Positions 11,609-24,129 of a stretch of 64,000 nucleotides of DNA are shown here, one piece after another. The notes below the pieces were generated by a model, which saw only the letters and a list, made by a program, of their open reading frames with translations, was not told where the DNA came from and did not search any database. The stretch spans positions 5,389,619 through 5,453,618 of the forward strand of contig BFEA01000019.1 in assembly GCA_003427395.1 (NCBI GenBank), written 5' to 3'. The translations under genes were made by a program, and so were the position numbers. The stretch comes from Chara braunii. Its lineage: Eukaryota > Plantae > Charophyceae. Positions within the stretch are counted from its first letter, which is position 1, and the number at the start of each line of letters is the position of its first letter.

Positions 11609-12845
11609 CGAAAAAATAAATATTATGGAGAAAAATAAACTTAACAATATTTGCCTTTGCACTACATCCAAATTATTTACCAAATTTGAATTAAAAATCA
11701 AATACATAAAATAAACACTATGATAAAAATAAAAATAAATAAAAAGAGAATGAAAATGAGTGAGTGTGCCAACACCTTTTCGACATCGCCATCTTTGCCG
11801 TCTTTTAATTATTTTTTGGCATTGACAAATGCCCTGAAAATTTACAGAGATGTAGTTTACATAATCAATAACTCATTAATGTTTTTTCAAAAATAATAAT
11901 TTTTTTTAGACCCCGAAATAAAGGGAAAGCAAAAAGTTAAAAGTGAAAAAAAATAAAATAGTGAGTGGGCGAGCACGTTTTGACACCCCCATCGTTGACG
12001 ATTTTTAATGTTTTTTTTGGCTTAGCAAAATGGCTTCAAAATTTACAGGCGTATAGGTTACATCATAGAAAAGTATAAATTTTTTTTTTGGGGAAAAACG
12101 TATTTTTAAGCCCTGCAAAGTTTTTTGGGGGGCCCGACCTTGGAGGTGTTCGGCCCCCGAACGGGACTCTGAACGCCTGAACGTTCGGGGACCAGCCCGG
12201 GGTATGGTCCCACTAGCACCCGGATTAGCCTTAGCTATATCTAGCTATATCCGGGGGCAAATGTATTTTCTGTAAAACATTGTAGTCCGATCGGTAAGGG
12301 TCACCCATTCGACGTAGATCTTAGGGCGCTGTTTTTTTCTTCAACTATTTGGTTTGTTTCACTTTTTCCATGTCTTCCAAATGAAAATGGACCGCCCTTC
12401 CATTGACCATGCATTGCAAACAAAAAAGAAAATGCATGCGATGGGCATCTTCTCTCTAGAGCACACTATTTTCACGTAGAGGACGGTCATCTTTCCCTGA
12501 AAAACAACTCACAAAAGTGAATAAAAAAGTAAGGAAATTGGAAAATAATATGACCTGGCGGTTACCCTGTGAGAATGAGAAGCGACGTTCTTCCACGCCG
12601 ATAAGTTCAGCATCAGAGGCTGGCGCAACACTGTAGTATACCGGGCACGTAATACAGCCCGATACATTTCAAGAAACCTCTCAGACCCAGAAACGGAACC
12701 TGATTTTTTTTCTTTTATTTCTAACTATTTATTGAAGTCACTTTAATACGAAAAATTCATGTGCCTCCGATACAGCTAAGGCTAATCCGGCTGCTAGTGG
12801 GACCGTGCCCCTGGGGGCCGCTGAATGTTCGGTTAGGTAACCCTG
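11482..12845. mobile_element. hAT-like non-autonomous element (host of a nested MITE)
   Basis: TIR CAGG(A/G)TTACC. The 8-bp flanks CTTTCTAG and CTTTATAA match at 6 of 8 positions. Subterminal CCGAAC/GTTCGG repeats occur at both ends. Confidence 0.6.
12200..12810. mobile_element. Harbinger-like MITE nested in the hAT element
   Basis: TIRs of ~42 bp: GGGTATGGTCCCACTAGCACCCGGATTAGCCTTAGCT / AGCTAAGGCTAATCCGGCTGCTAGTGGGACCGTGCCC. The 3-bp flanks are CCG and CTG. Confidence 0.65.
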
Positions 12846-13137
12846 CTTTATAAAAAAAAAATGTAAAAAAAAATTAAAAAATCATTAAGAACGCAAAATA
12901 ATCGCCGCGTCGATTCGACGCTCTCATTTTTGCCACTCAGCCATATGTAGGGCCAACAAAAAAAAAACCTTAAACTTCAGTGATTTTTCTCGCTCATAAA
13001 AATGCGTTAAAAATTTTGAAAATTTTGTTGTGATCTTTTAAATAAATAAATAAATAAAGATTAACCGTAAAATAGATCACGATTGCAATTTGACCCATAT
13101 TTTATTTTTGCCATTCAACGTTTTTTTTTTTTTTTTT

Positions 13138-13177
<40 letters not shown>

Positions 13178-13264
13178 GTAGCAACCCTCCCCCCTTTCCC
13201 CTCCCTCCCCCTCTCTCCCTCTTTGTCTGTCTGTCAGTCTGTCTCTTTTGAGCGTGCACGCTTA

Positions 13265-13369
13265 CCTTCTTCCCCCCAATACAACGTACGGTGATTATAG
13301 CTGTATTTGGACTGAAAGATACCCCAAATACAGCTATAATCACCATACGTTGTATTCGGGGGAAGAAGG
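13265..13369. mobile_element. 105-bp hairpin MITE with TA TSD (Tc1/mariner, Stowaway-like)
   Basis: TA|CCTTCTTCCCCC...GGGGGAAGAAGG|TA, almost fully palindromic. A second copy lies at 24130-24234. Confidence 0.75.
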
Positions 13370-14279
13370 TAGCCATGTTGTGTTGGCTCATTGGGCCAGG
13401 CTTACAATTCACAACTTGTCTGTTTGCAGCGCAAAGGCTGCGCCGAAAGGGAACATATCATCCCCGCCCCCCACCCTCTCTCTCTCTCTCTCCCCTCTCT
13501 ATTCAACTTTCAAAACCTTACATCTACCCTTAGGGCTGCCTTCCCCGTGTGGGCGCTGTAGAGAATTGGATACTACATCCTTGCAGGGGTGGGGTCTATA
13601 TCATGAGCCGTATGGTTCCACTTCCCGAACACGGTGTCCTGGCTGCAGTGAGACTTGGCTCTTGAGGCCGAGGTCGGCCGCTCGAATCCATCCGGGCACT
13701 GAGGTTCTGGGCCCAGATATATGTATTCAGAAACTGGTGTGGAAAGGTCGACTCGGAAGAGGTCGGAGGGGTGATCGCGCGCCACGGGTCGCCTGAGCTC
13801 TCCCTGAAGGTCGCCAAGGATGAGATTTATCCCCCCCGATCGACCCTCCAATAGCCAGGCCAAGTTTTCACCGGGCCTGTCCAAGTGAACACCATCTGAA
13901 AGTGCCCGAGGCACTCGTTGTGGGGTTGCCGCCTACCTCTCTGCTCCCCTTATGCTCAACTGCGCGGACGTACGGTTAGGGCTCCTTCATCCCCTGCAAG
14001 CATCCCCGAGGGTTTTCTCGATTGTCCTGTAACTCTACTCTCCACACACTCTTTGCACAGCGTGAGAGAGAAGTGGAAATCGGAAAGAGGGTCCTGTCGA
14101 GTTGGCTGTCCCTCTCCCTGTGCTCCCGACTCAGTATCGACCTTCGCCGGAGTCCGCCGTGGCAATTCGGGTTTCCCCGAGGTTGCCGCGCCCCATTACC
14201 TCTTCCTTTTCCCATGTGGTACTCGCTCGCTATCATTTCCTTTTTCGCACCATCGCAATCCAACACGTGTCCTTTCTAC

Positions 14280-15036
14280 TGATCAGCTGTTCCTCATCTC
14301 CTTTGCGCTTCTTGCTGGCTCCCAGCGCGTGTCACCCTCGGTCTCCTCCTCCTCTTTCCCCCCTCCCGCGTCCTCTCTCTCCTACACTTCTTGCTTTGCT
14401 CTCACCACCTCCCGTTCCCTCTCTCCCTCTCTCCGCTGTTGCCCGTCTCTTCCTCTCCGCGTTTCTTTCTCTGTTGCGTTTCTACAGCCCGCCGTTTTTC
14501 GACTTCGCGCCTGGTGTGTTTGTCGCATTGTCTTGCCTGGTTATTCGCGGCGCCTACCCTACCCTATATTTTCCATTGGCTACGCTTGTCCCTTGCCCTC
14601 ACTTCGTCGTCTCGCTTTCGTCAACTCCATCTTCGCGTCTAAACTCCATTTTCGCCACCTGAAGGAAGATCTCCGCCGTCGACTAATCCTATCTTTTGCT
14701 CTTGATCTGCGCGCTGACATTGCCGGTGTCAATACAAGGTCAGCCACCGGGCTGAAGTCATCAGACAGACATCGAGTCAGTGAACCAGAGAGCTACCCTG
14801 CTGAGTCATCTCGGCGTCCCCGAGTCCCGGGTGTAGCTGATATAGTGCGGCGCACTGATGATTTGCCAGTGACACGCGTGGTTGGGCGGCCAGCGCACTG
14901 AGTCGGAGGGGTGGCAATCGAGAGGGCGCGAGCGCGAGAGGAGAGCGGGATCGGGATCGGGATCGGGATCGGGGGGGTCTTTCTCCAAGGGGGGAATTGT
15001 GCGTTAGTCGGGGGGTTGTTCATCGCAGCTCGAGGC
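14280..15036 (+). promoter_or_regulatory. Probable promoter/5'UTR of the GYF gene
   Basis: CT-rich (Y-patch-like), CpG-rich tract directly upstream of the ATG at 15037. The TSS cannot be determined from sequence. Confidence 0.4.
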
Positions 15037-15160
15037 ATGGTGGAGTCGAAGCTGGAGGCTCAGCAGCAGCAGCAGCAGCATCAGCAACAGGACAATCATG
15101 CGAGAGATGGTGTCACCATGCCGGGGGTCGATCGACAGGATTTTGCCTGGAAATTCCGCG
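15037..15160 (+). CDS. EXA1: GIGYF/EXA1-family GYF-domain protein, exon 1
   Basis: ATG in good context (GGCATGG) encoding MVESKLEAQQQ...FAWKFR. Donor G|GTAAGG, phase 1, compatible with exon 2. No homology evidence for this exon itself. Confidence 0.65.
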
Positions 15161-16013
15161 GTAAGGAACGTCTTCATCCCGCTGCATGCATGTGTGCATG
15201 CGAGCGAGTGTGTGTGTGTGTGTGTCTGTGTGGTGTGTCAGGGGAGCGAAGAGTGAGAGGGCGAGAGGAGGTGGAGGTTACTTGCCTCTCTGTGAATTAG
15301 CCTGCAAAGGAAGTGTTGTCGTGTAGTGGCGCCGGATGGGGCGGCTCTGACGCGGATAGCCGTGTATGCCCCGGTTGACGGATGGCGCGGGTGGCAAAGA
15401 AGATGATTGGAAGCAATTTGATAACGATAAGAGTCGGCTGGGGTAATTGATCAGCTCGTCGGGAGGGAGGGCAAAGAGCAGCGAGCGGGGGGGATTCTAT
15501 TCTGTAAACGGAGAGTTACTTGAATAAACGGAGGGGATGGAGGGAGGAGATACCCGGGTAGACGGGGGGATGGAGTGCCATTTTGGAATTGACAAGAGGA
15601 CGACGAATTGGAGAGAGAGAGACGCATGGTCGACAGTGAATGGTAAAGGTTGGGATTGATCGATTGTTTGGTCGGAGATGAGCAGATATGGGAGACGGGA
15701 GGGAGGTAGAGCTGTCTGATGAAGTCAGCGTGGGTGGGGTTTGGGGGGATTGGGATGGGGGATAGGGAGGAGTGGGGAAGAGGAAAAAGATTCTGGGATT
15801 GCCTGCTGGAAATCTCATTCCTTGTGCAAATTCAATGGTCAGTTTTGAAGAGAATGGATGGATGGAGCTCCTCGACTCTCCCCTCCTTTCCCGTTTCTCT
15901 CCTGCTGTTCGTTGCCCAATGTTCCCCACCCTCTTCACATTCAAGTTGTCCCTATCGGTCATATTGCATGTCGTAAAGATCGCGCAGCTCTTTCCCCTTT
16001 CGCTCCGCCCTCC

Positions 16014-16050
<37 letters not shown>

Positions 16051-16150
16051 NNNNNNNNNNNNNNNNNNNNNNNNNNNNNNNNNNNNNNNNNNNNNNNNNN
16101 NNNNNNNNNNNNNNNNNNNNNNNNNNNNNNNNNNNNNNNNNNNNNNNNNN
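16051..16150. other. Scaffold gap (100 N) after a poly-C run, in intron 1
   Basis: Run of N. Confidence 0.95.
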
Positions 16151-18238
16151 TCTCTCTCTTCCCCCCGCCCCCGCCCCCGCCCCCCCCTCGCATCATTTTT
16201 CTCTTCTTTTTCGCTCCCTCTTTTTCGCTCTCTTTTTCGCTCTTTTTCGCTCCGTCTTCTCTTTTCTTCCTCTCTCTCTTCCCCCTCGTTTACGTCGTAG
16301 TGATTCGGCGCGCCATCCATGTCAGTCTATAAGATCTTCTTTGGCCCTTGCCGTCGAGATTGCCGTGTTTTTTTCTCGATCCCTTTCCCAGGGTACGAGG
16401 CGCTGGTACGTGGCTTCATTCTCTCTGTTGTAATGATCCTCTTCTTGAGTCACATCTGAAGCCTGTTGCATTTTGCTATCTTTTGCGGTCTGCGGACCTT
16501 GTGATGTGATTGTAGACTCCGATTCCTTTCTTTGCCCGGAATGGGCTTTGAGTATGGGCGCCCCTCCTCGAGGCTGTCGAGAGGGAGAAGTGAGAGGAAG
16601 GGAGGCGGAGTCGTAGCTTTCCTTCCTCGTACGTCCAATGTACGATTATTACTACGCTGTCTAATGATCGGTTATCTCCGAGGCAGCGGTCAATCCATCA
16701 CGAATGATACACGTGGAATCTTGCCAGTCTCTTGACGATTTGTTTTCTGTACCTATGACTTGCGCGTTTCGGCGGGCGCCGCCGCATCCTATCACTTGCG
16801 CGTTTTTGTCGTATCCTACTTGTTGCGTTCGCCGGAAAGTGGTTTGTATGCATGTCACATCAAAAAGTGGTTTGTATGCGTTTACTGTTGGTGTATGGCT
16901 GTGCCACGGAGGGGGCCAATCACATCAGAAAGTGAGGCATAGCGCTCACGAGCTGTATTTGGGTGCCAGGCTTATGGGTGACAGGCTTATGTCAGCCGAT
17001 CGTAGCAAGATCCGCGAGTGACAAGTGGCGGCGGCGGGCGCCGCACATCTTGTCGTTCATCCAGGTCTTCCCCCTCCATGGATATCGTCTTTCCTTTTCG
17101 GCAAAGCTTTTGTTCTATTGCTTTCCCCCTCCCCCCTCCATGGATACCGTGACCGTCTCACCGTTCAGCCCCCATTGTCGGTACCGCTTCTTCTTTGTCC
17201 CCGCGCGCAAAGCAACCTTGTCGTTGGGCAGTTGTCCCAAGTTTTACAAGATACGATGTGTTCCCCTTCGCTTGTTCTCCAGTTCCCCTCCGCTCTCCCC
17301 CCTCTCCCCCCCCTCGCGCCCTTCCCCTCTTACAGGGGGTAAACCGCGACTTTGTTTGTGAGACAGATAATGCACCCAACAATTTATGACTCCTCGCTCT
17401 TGGTCAATAGCGGTAGCTTCTCCCATTTCATCGTACCTCCGGGATACCTCATGACATTCTCCTGTCGAGGTGCGCTCTTCATCGTTGTGACGTTTGCATT
17501 AAGTAACACGTTCGCGTCTCGGGACGACGCTCTCAAAATCGTCAACTGCTCATCTTGTTGGCCATTTAGGTCGTGAGTTGGCAAAGCAGGGGTGTTTCGT
17601 TGCTCGCAGAGGACGCTGCAGCCTGCGTGAGAGTGTGTTTCACTGTTGATTGATTTGCTCTCACCTGGTGAAGCAGATGTCCTTCAGCTATTGAGAAGGC
17701 GATCTGAAAGTCATTCGATATGTGTGTGGGTCGACGACGGCTTTCTACGTCTTTCGGTAGAGGAAAATCTCGACTTCGATCCGTCGTCGATAACGGTGTG
17801 CGCTGGCCGGCGCGTGCCTCCTCAGCGTAGTGCGCTTGGTCCCCTCCGCAGTGCGGTGCGCTTGGTTCCCCCCGCAGCGCGGTGCACTTGGTTCCCTCCG
17901 CAGCGCAGTGCGCGCGCTTCGCTGCCACCACCTGATAAGCGAATGCGTCGGAGTTCTTTTTGCTCGCTCTATTGTCTAGCATTAGGTGTCGAGTCTTCTT
18001 TGCTAAACGGTTGAAGATTTGCGCAAATGTTTTCTCGAAGACTTGGTTGGAATTTTCTCAACGCACTGCGCTTCGCACTCGGCAGTGCGTCGGCACCACC
18101 GCAAAAGACTGTATCGACATTTTCCCCGTTGTACGGCAATGCACTCCCAGAGTAGCGTGCGGAACTATCTTCGCAGAAGACGAGGAAAGTGCGTTGGCGC
18201 GAGGGAATGAGAGAGATAGTAAAGAAGAGAGGGACACA

Positions 18239-18318
<80 letters not shown>

Positions 18319-18375
18319 GAGGATAGCTCTTGTCGCTGATGGTTTCTCTATTCTCTCANTCTCTATTCTCTCATT

Positions 18376-18441
<66 letters not shown>

Positions 18442-18503
18442 AGTTCGAGTCGCTGATGGTGTCTCGACTGTGTGTGTGTGTGTGGGTGGGTGGGTGGGTG
18501 TGT

Positions 18504-18565
<62 letters not shown>

Positions 18566-19585
18566 CGCCAACACCGTTATTTGTGTACTCTCAGAGTGGT
18601 GGAGGCTGGGAACGCTCGGGTCCTTGTTTGTCGCTCTTTTCTTAGGCCTGGATCGCTCTTGATGACGCGTGCGGTAAACAGCATGGGATCATTTTACGTG
18701 GCATCAGCTTGGGCGCAGTGCGCGTTCCTGTGTGCCTTTCTGTAGTTGTTTTCTGTTGTGTTGAAATGGATTTCGATGCTTTTCTTTTCAATCTCATGAG
18801 TCGGCAATGATTTCCCCCCTCCCCGTGCTTGTGGCATCGTCTCCTCCTCTTCGCATGCTTCGCAAGCCCACTGGAGCTCATCGAGTAGCTCTCCAGTCGG
18901 CGCACATGTTATAGACTGTGAGCGGATGCACGTGGTCTTTTAATTATGCTTTCCTTGATTGGTACATTGCAGTCCGGTGCTGCTATTGGGCCTTCCGCTG
19001 CTGCAAAACAACATTCTAAATGAACTCGGACCGAATAACGGTCCGGTACATTCGAACTGGTGGATCAGTCCGAATGTATGGGGTGCATATTCAGAGATTA
19101 AAATGCATGTAGAGAGAATTATTATTTTATTATTATAAACGCTTATACATCGCGATCGTTCCAAGTGCTCCGTTCTGTGGGGACACCCTCTTTTTCCAAG
19201 TGCTCCGGTCTATTATGGGGGCACCCTTTTTTTTGTTCTATTTGTCGATTGTCTATGCAGACTGTATGCTTTTTTTATTTTTTATTTTTATGACGAAGTT
19301 GGGGAAATATGAGCGCGAGCTGAGTGAGCTCTTTAGTCGAGGGAATAAGAATGAGAGTGGCAAATGGTTGAAGGGGGGGAAAGGGGTGAGAGGCGGCCAC
19401 GTGGGGGAAGAAGGTGAGCACTAGCTTATAAATCCGAATAGAACGCCCGGTCATTAAAGCTGTATTTGGCGCAATTTCCAGTCTGTATACAGGCACGATG
19501 GGGTTGCATTCGGGTAAAGACGGCAGCTGACTTTTGCTGTGGATCTTCGGGAAAGCGGTGAGAGGCGGCCATGTGGTTTTGGACT

Positions 19586-19773
19586 AGACGATTTTTTCAG
19601 TTCACGAGACGATTTTTTCAGTTCACGAAATGATTTTTTTCACTTCCCGAGATGAATTTTTCACTTCCCGAGATGATTTTTTCACTTCACGAGATGATTT
19701 TTTCACTTCCCGAGATGATTTTTTCACTTCACGAGATGGTTTTTTCACTTCACGAGATGACTTTTTTCACTTT
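19586..19773. repeat. 21-bp minisatellite, ~9 copies
   Basis: Unit GATTTTTTCACTTC(A/C)CGAGAT repeated in tandem. Confidence 0.9.
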
Positions 19774-21390
19774 CGGATGTGCATGTTCGATTGTTCGTGT
19801 TTGCCGAAGGATAAAACGAATGTCTGGAGGAGTGAGTTGAAAAAGCTGCTATTAAGACCGAGGAAACGAGAACGAAGGGGAATGGAAGGAAAATGATTAT
19901 TGATACAAGAGCTGGGAGGCAAGGAAAATGACCGGCAAGGCTCTTGAATGGGGAATGAATGGGGAAAAGCACTCGAATGGCTATCAGGATCCTTATTACC
20001 GTTTTCATCTGATATGACTTTTTCATTGTGTAGTTTTTTTTTTTTCTGTTTTTTTTTTAATTTCTTTTTCTACGGATTTAATCGCTTTGTCGTATTTGTT
20101 GGGCTTGTCATTGACATCGTGCATTCCCTCCGTTTCCCCTTAGTTCGATCGTTGTCAAATCGAAAAATATTTCGATTGAAGAAATAAGGGGGACGATGTT
20201 GTTTTAACAAATCATCATAATAAAGAATCGAGTATGATATTTGCAATGTTTAAAAATGATAACAACAATCGATATTTGGTAGGAGACTTTTTCTTTTTTC
20301 TTTTAAAAAATAAAGTGATATATCCTCAATTCTTCCATGTGAACTTCGTTTTGTATTGTTTTGGAACAAAGATTCGATCTCTGGTCGTGTCTTCACACCC
20401 AAGTGCAGTGGCTTGCTTCGATTTCTTTCCGAAATATTATAAAACTCTTTGATATATATATATATATATATTTTAATTTTATGATTTGTCCGCCTACCGT
20501 ACCTTTTCCGCCACTTTTCTCCTTGTGAATTGATTTTTTTTTTCTCCTTACGAATTCAAATTCGTTGTTGAGAGAAAGCAATTTTTTTTTTTTTGAAGAT
20601 AATGTTTGTATTCTTTGTGGATGGAAGTATATGTCTTGAACTGCCAGTACACACCAGTCTGGCGGTCTGGCACTGCGCGCCAAGCTTTTTGCCAAACCGT
20701 CAGCGTCCCACTCCTTTTCTGTTTTTGGTTGTCGCCTCCAGCCAGCTATTATGGTCCGCTATCTGTTTTTGAGCGTCCGAGCAGTCAGCCATATAGGCGG
20801 TTAAAGAAAAGTTTGGAAGCGTCCAAAGTTTCGTAAAAAAGTGTATGATAGAGTATGCATGTAGGAGTCGTTCTTTTATCTGGTAGAACTTTCGTCTATG
20901 TGATTTAAAACCGTTTAACGATGCTTTCGTTTTGCTACGCGTAGAATTTATCATATTTGACAAAACGGTTTTAGGGTCGGTGGCAGTGCATAATAATACT
21001 GTAATTATTTTTGACCTCTGCATCCAGAATCATAGGTCCGAACTTGCCCCCAGGGAAAATGGATTGTGAAAATGATGAAGAGCTGGAAAGAACAGAAGAA
21101 TAAAAAAAAAAAAAAAGAGGAATTAGACAATGATGATGATGATGACGACTGACGAAGAAGAAGAGAACGTGTTTGCAAACGGAAGTTGTCTGCAAACGGA
21201 AAGGGGAAAGAATGGTCAGGGTGGGAGACGGAGAAAAAAATGGGTATTATTACTATTATTATTTTTTATGTTTTTTTTTTTGAAAAAATGGTTATTAGTT
21301 GGTGAATCATGTGGTTAAAATTTGTAATGAGATAATCTGTGGATAATAGAAGCGGATAACGTAAGCTATACAAGCTGTGACGATATCAAC

Positions 21391-21461
21391 TGGGCTTAAG
21401 CTCAGTTGGTACACCGTTTGACTGTTGAAATACAGACTCGAGTTCGGACTCCACTGCAAGC
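21391..21461 (+). pseudogene. tRNA-like relic (tRNA pseudogene or SINE head; anticodon-position GTT, Asn-like)
   Basis: A-box-like AAGCTCAGTTGGTA, then GACTGTTGAA and B-box-like GAGTTCGGACTC at tRNA spacing. The stems pair poorly. Confidence 0.4.
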
Positions 21462-22094
21462 AGATGAGTGAAAACAGTCAAAAGGGTGTACCTGCAGGCG
21501 ACCCTAATTCCGTTTTCTATCTTCAACACCCATCCTCCATAGCCGACCCTCACCTTGTCGTTCAGCTTCCAGCCTTCGTCTCCCACATCCGACCTCCATA
21601 GCCAACCTTCACCTTCATCCTTCACCTTCCATCTCCCACACCCATCCTCCAAAGCTGAGCCCGGTAGTCTCGAGCGTGGAATTTGGCAGCCGGTGGCGGC
21701 GTGAGCTTAGGTTCGGGATTCAGGGTCGTGAGTGGCTGTCTCTGCTGTGTCTAGTTTTATCAGGGCCTTTCTTGTTTTCCAAGAAGCCCCTCTGTCTGAG
21801 TGCATGGTGTTGTCCCATCCGCTTTTCTACCCTCCAAATAACGTCACGTGACCTGTCCCATCCGCTTTTCAAAATAACATATCGTGTTAGGTATGGCGAG
21901 TTTTGAAGATGTAGTGTGGAAAGAAATTATACCATATCCTGTTCTATGTTGTGGATAAGGCGTTGTCGATGCTGTGTCCACGTGTCATACATAGGTCTGG
22001 ATTGTGTGCGTCTGCCCCGGTTTGGGTGGACACGCACTTGTCAGAGCGGGTGATTGACTCGAGGACGCCTGTCGTAAGAGTAGAAGTGTTGCTC

Positions 22095-22168
22095 TTCCCG
22101 CCCGTGCGGGTGATTTTCCCGCCGTGCGGGTGATTTTCCTGCCGTGCGGGTGATTTTCCTGCCCGTGC
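22095..22168. repeat. 20-bp tandem repeat (3-4 copies)
   Basis: CCGTGCGGGTGATTTTCC(C/T)G units. Confidence 0.85.
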
Positions 22169-22239
22169 AGCTGTGGGTCCTTCAGCAGGAGTGTGCGATT
22201 GTGGCAGCAAGTCTGCCGCCCACGCCTGTGTGGACCTTG

Positions 22240-22850
22240 ATTGACACTGGCAGTTAAGTCTGACTTGTCAAAAGGGCAGGGATAAGGAGAAGAGTCACAT
22301 GGGAAGGCAGTGAGCGTAGATGTCTGACACGTGGCACTGTTGATGTGCCAAGGGGCAGGGATAGGACAAGACACATCTGTGCGTGACGGCCTTTATTGGT
22401 CATGTCATGCTCTTATCACTAGCACGGTTGACTTCAGAATACGTTCTTACCACGCCGTTGAACTTGACCTTGTAATTTATGCTGCCTTCACCTTTTTGAT
22501 CTTGTTTATTACCTCTATGTGATGCTCTTGTCACTCCTTCGAAGATCGTTCGGAAATAGTGGTGCCCCCTCCTCGGCGAGAGCGCTGGACGTGTCACACG
22601 TGTAGAGGTGTACAAGTGTCCACGAGTTACGAGCGTTGATGTGCCAAGGGACAACGATAAGGAGAAGACACATCTGTGCTGGCCGGCCTTTACGGGTCGT
22701 GCAATGCTCTTGTCACTCTTGCGAGTCACTCTTGGGAGTCACTCTTGGGAGTCACTCTTGCGAGTCACTCTTGCGAGGATCGTTCAAGGAGTCGTGTACA
22801 CAGTTACAGGCGTAGAGGTGTACACGTGCCACATGCGAGGCATTCTGTAG
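22240..22850. repeat. Local duplicated block with 13-bp tandem GAGTCACTCTTG(C/G)
   Basis: TTGATGTGCCAAGGG...AGACACATCTGTGC...TGCTCTTGTCACT recurs at ~22340 and ~22636. The 13-mer is repeated ~5 times at 22705-22776. Confidence 0.7.
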
Positions 22851-24129
22851 GCATGGTTATGAGCGGGATTGCTCTTCCTTGTGGATATGAGTGAAATGGA
22901 GGAAGAAACAATGGTGACGGTCGGAACCATCAATTTTTTTCAGGGGAAGAGAAAACAAAGGTGTACGATGATGATGAGGATAATGATGATGATGATGATG
23001 GCGATGAAGAAGGATTTGTGTTTCAGACGAAAATGAGGACGCGGTGATGGTGATGACGATGGTGTAATGGCGATGGGGACGTTATTATGTTGATTACGAT
23101 GGTGATGGAGATGGCTAATGATGAATGTGATTGAAATTTGAAAAAGGAATGCGGATAAGGAGTCGGGTGTAATTGAGAATGATGATGCTGGTGTGAAGAC
23201 AATGGCGTTTTTTTGGAAAGGGTCTTGATGATGGGATGAGGGTCGTGACCATGGTGATGAGCTTGAGGGGGGGAAAGGACGGCCCTGGCGGCGGTTATTA
23301 TTTGCGGAAGTATTTCAGACACTGGAGCATCGTGGGATTGTATGGTGTTTCGATTCGAGGGAGTATGATGTGTAGTACGACGGTATTTGGGAGGAGAGGG
23401 GTCGAGGGGAAAGGTTGCCTGTGATAGCGGGAAGACTGTCAGGCGAAGGATTCTGGTGTTGGGATGGGTGTGAAGACTCGAATGATGCCCTAGGGGATAG
23501 GAGGATGACAAGGTGGTGCTAATGGAGAAGAGAGAGAGAGAAGGTGATTATGATGATGATGGAGGTTGCGACCGGAAACACCGATTGTGGTTTCTGTAAA
23601 ACCAAATTTTTGATTTTTTTGAACCCTACATTTCATGTTGTTGTTGTTGTTGTTGTTTGTTATCGAAGTCCTTGCCCTCCTCCCTTCACTCCCCACTCCC
23701 CCTTGGTGTTATTTGGGTCCTTGAGAGTCTTGGGGGCTAGGTTGTTTTCAGTCTCGCTTTTCCTCGCGCATTTGTAGTTTGATTTTTTTTGTTTTTTTCC
23801 TTTTCTTGGGGGGGCTGTGGGGCTGGGCTTGGGCCCGCGCGTACGCGTGCCCCCGCTGCCTGACATAATGCCGTAGTAACACCACACCGTGAGTATGACT
23901 TAGGCCCCCCGCTGCGAATCCCCGAGTGCAATGGGAACCCTGCAACCTAGGCTCCCCCCCCCGCCCCCCCCCGCCCCCGCCCCCGCCCCCGCCGCCTTCG
24001 TGATCAGGAGTGCGCCCTGGCCAGGAGTACTCACGCTGGGACTATCCTGGATGTATCTTATGTCACCACAACACTACAGTCGGACCAGGACACATCTGAA
24101 CGGTCCAGAGCTTATTGCAAAAAGCCCTA

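Noticed and set aside
13530-13920. Possible retroelement fragment upstream of the promoter
   Set aside because: GC-rich and coding-like, but I could not identify termini or a protein motif.
13918-14901. 327-aa ORF
   Set aside because: Non-ATG start and S/L/P/R-rich translation of a CT-rich promoter/UTR tract, with no recognisable domain.
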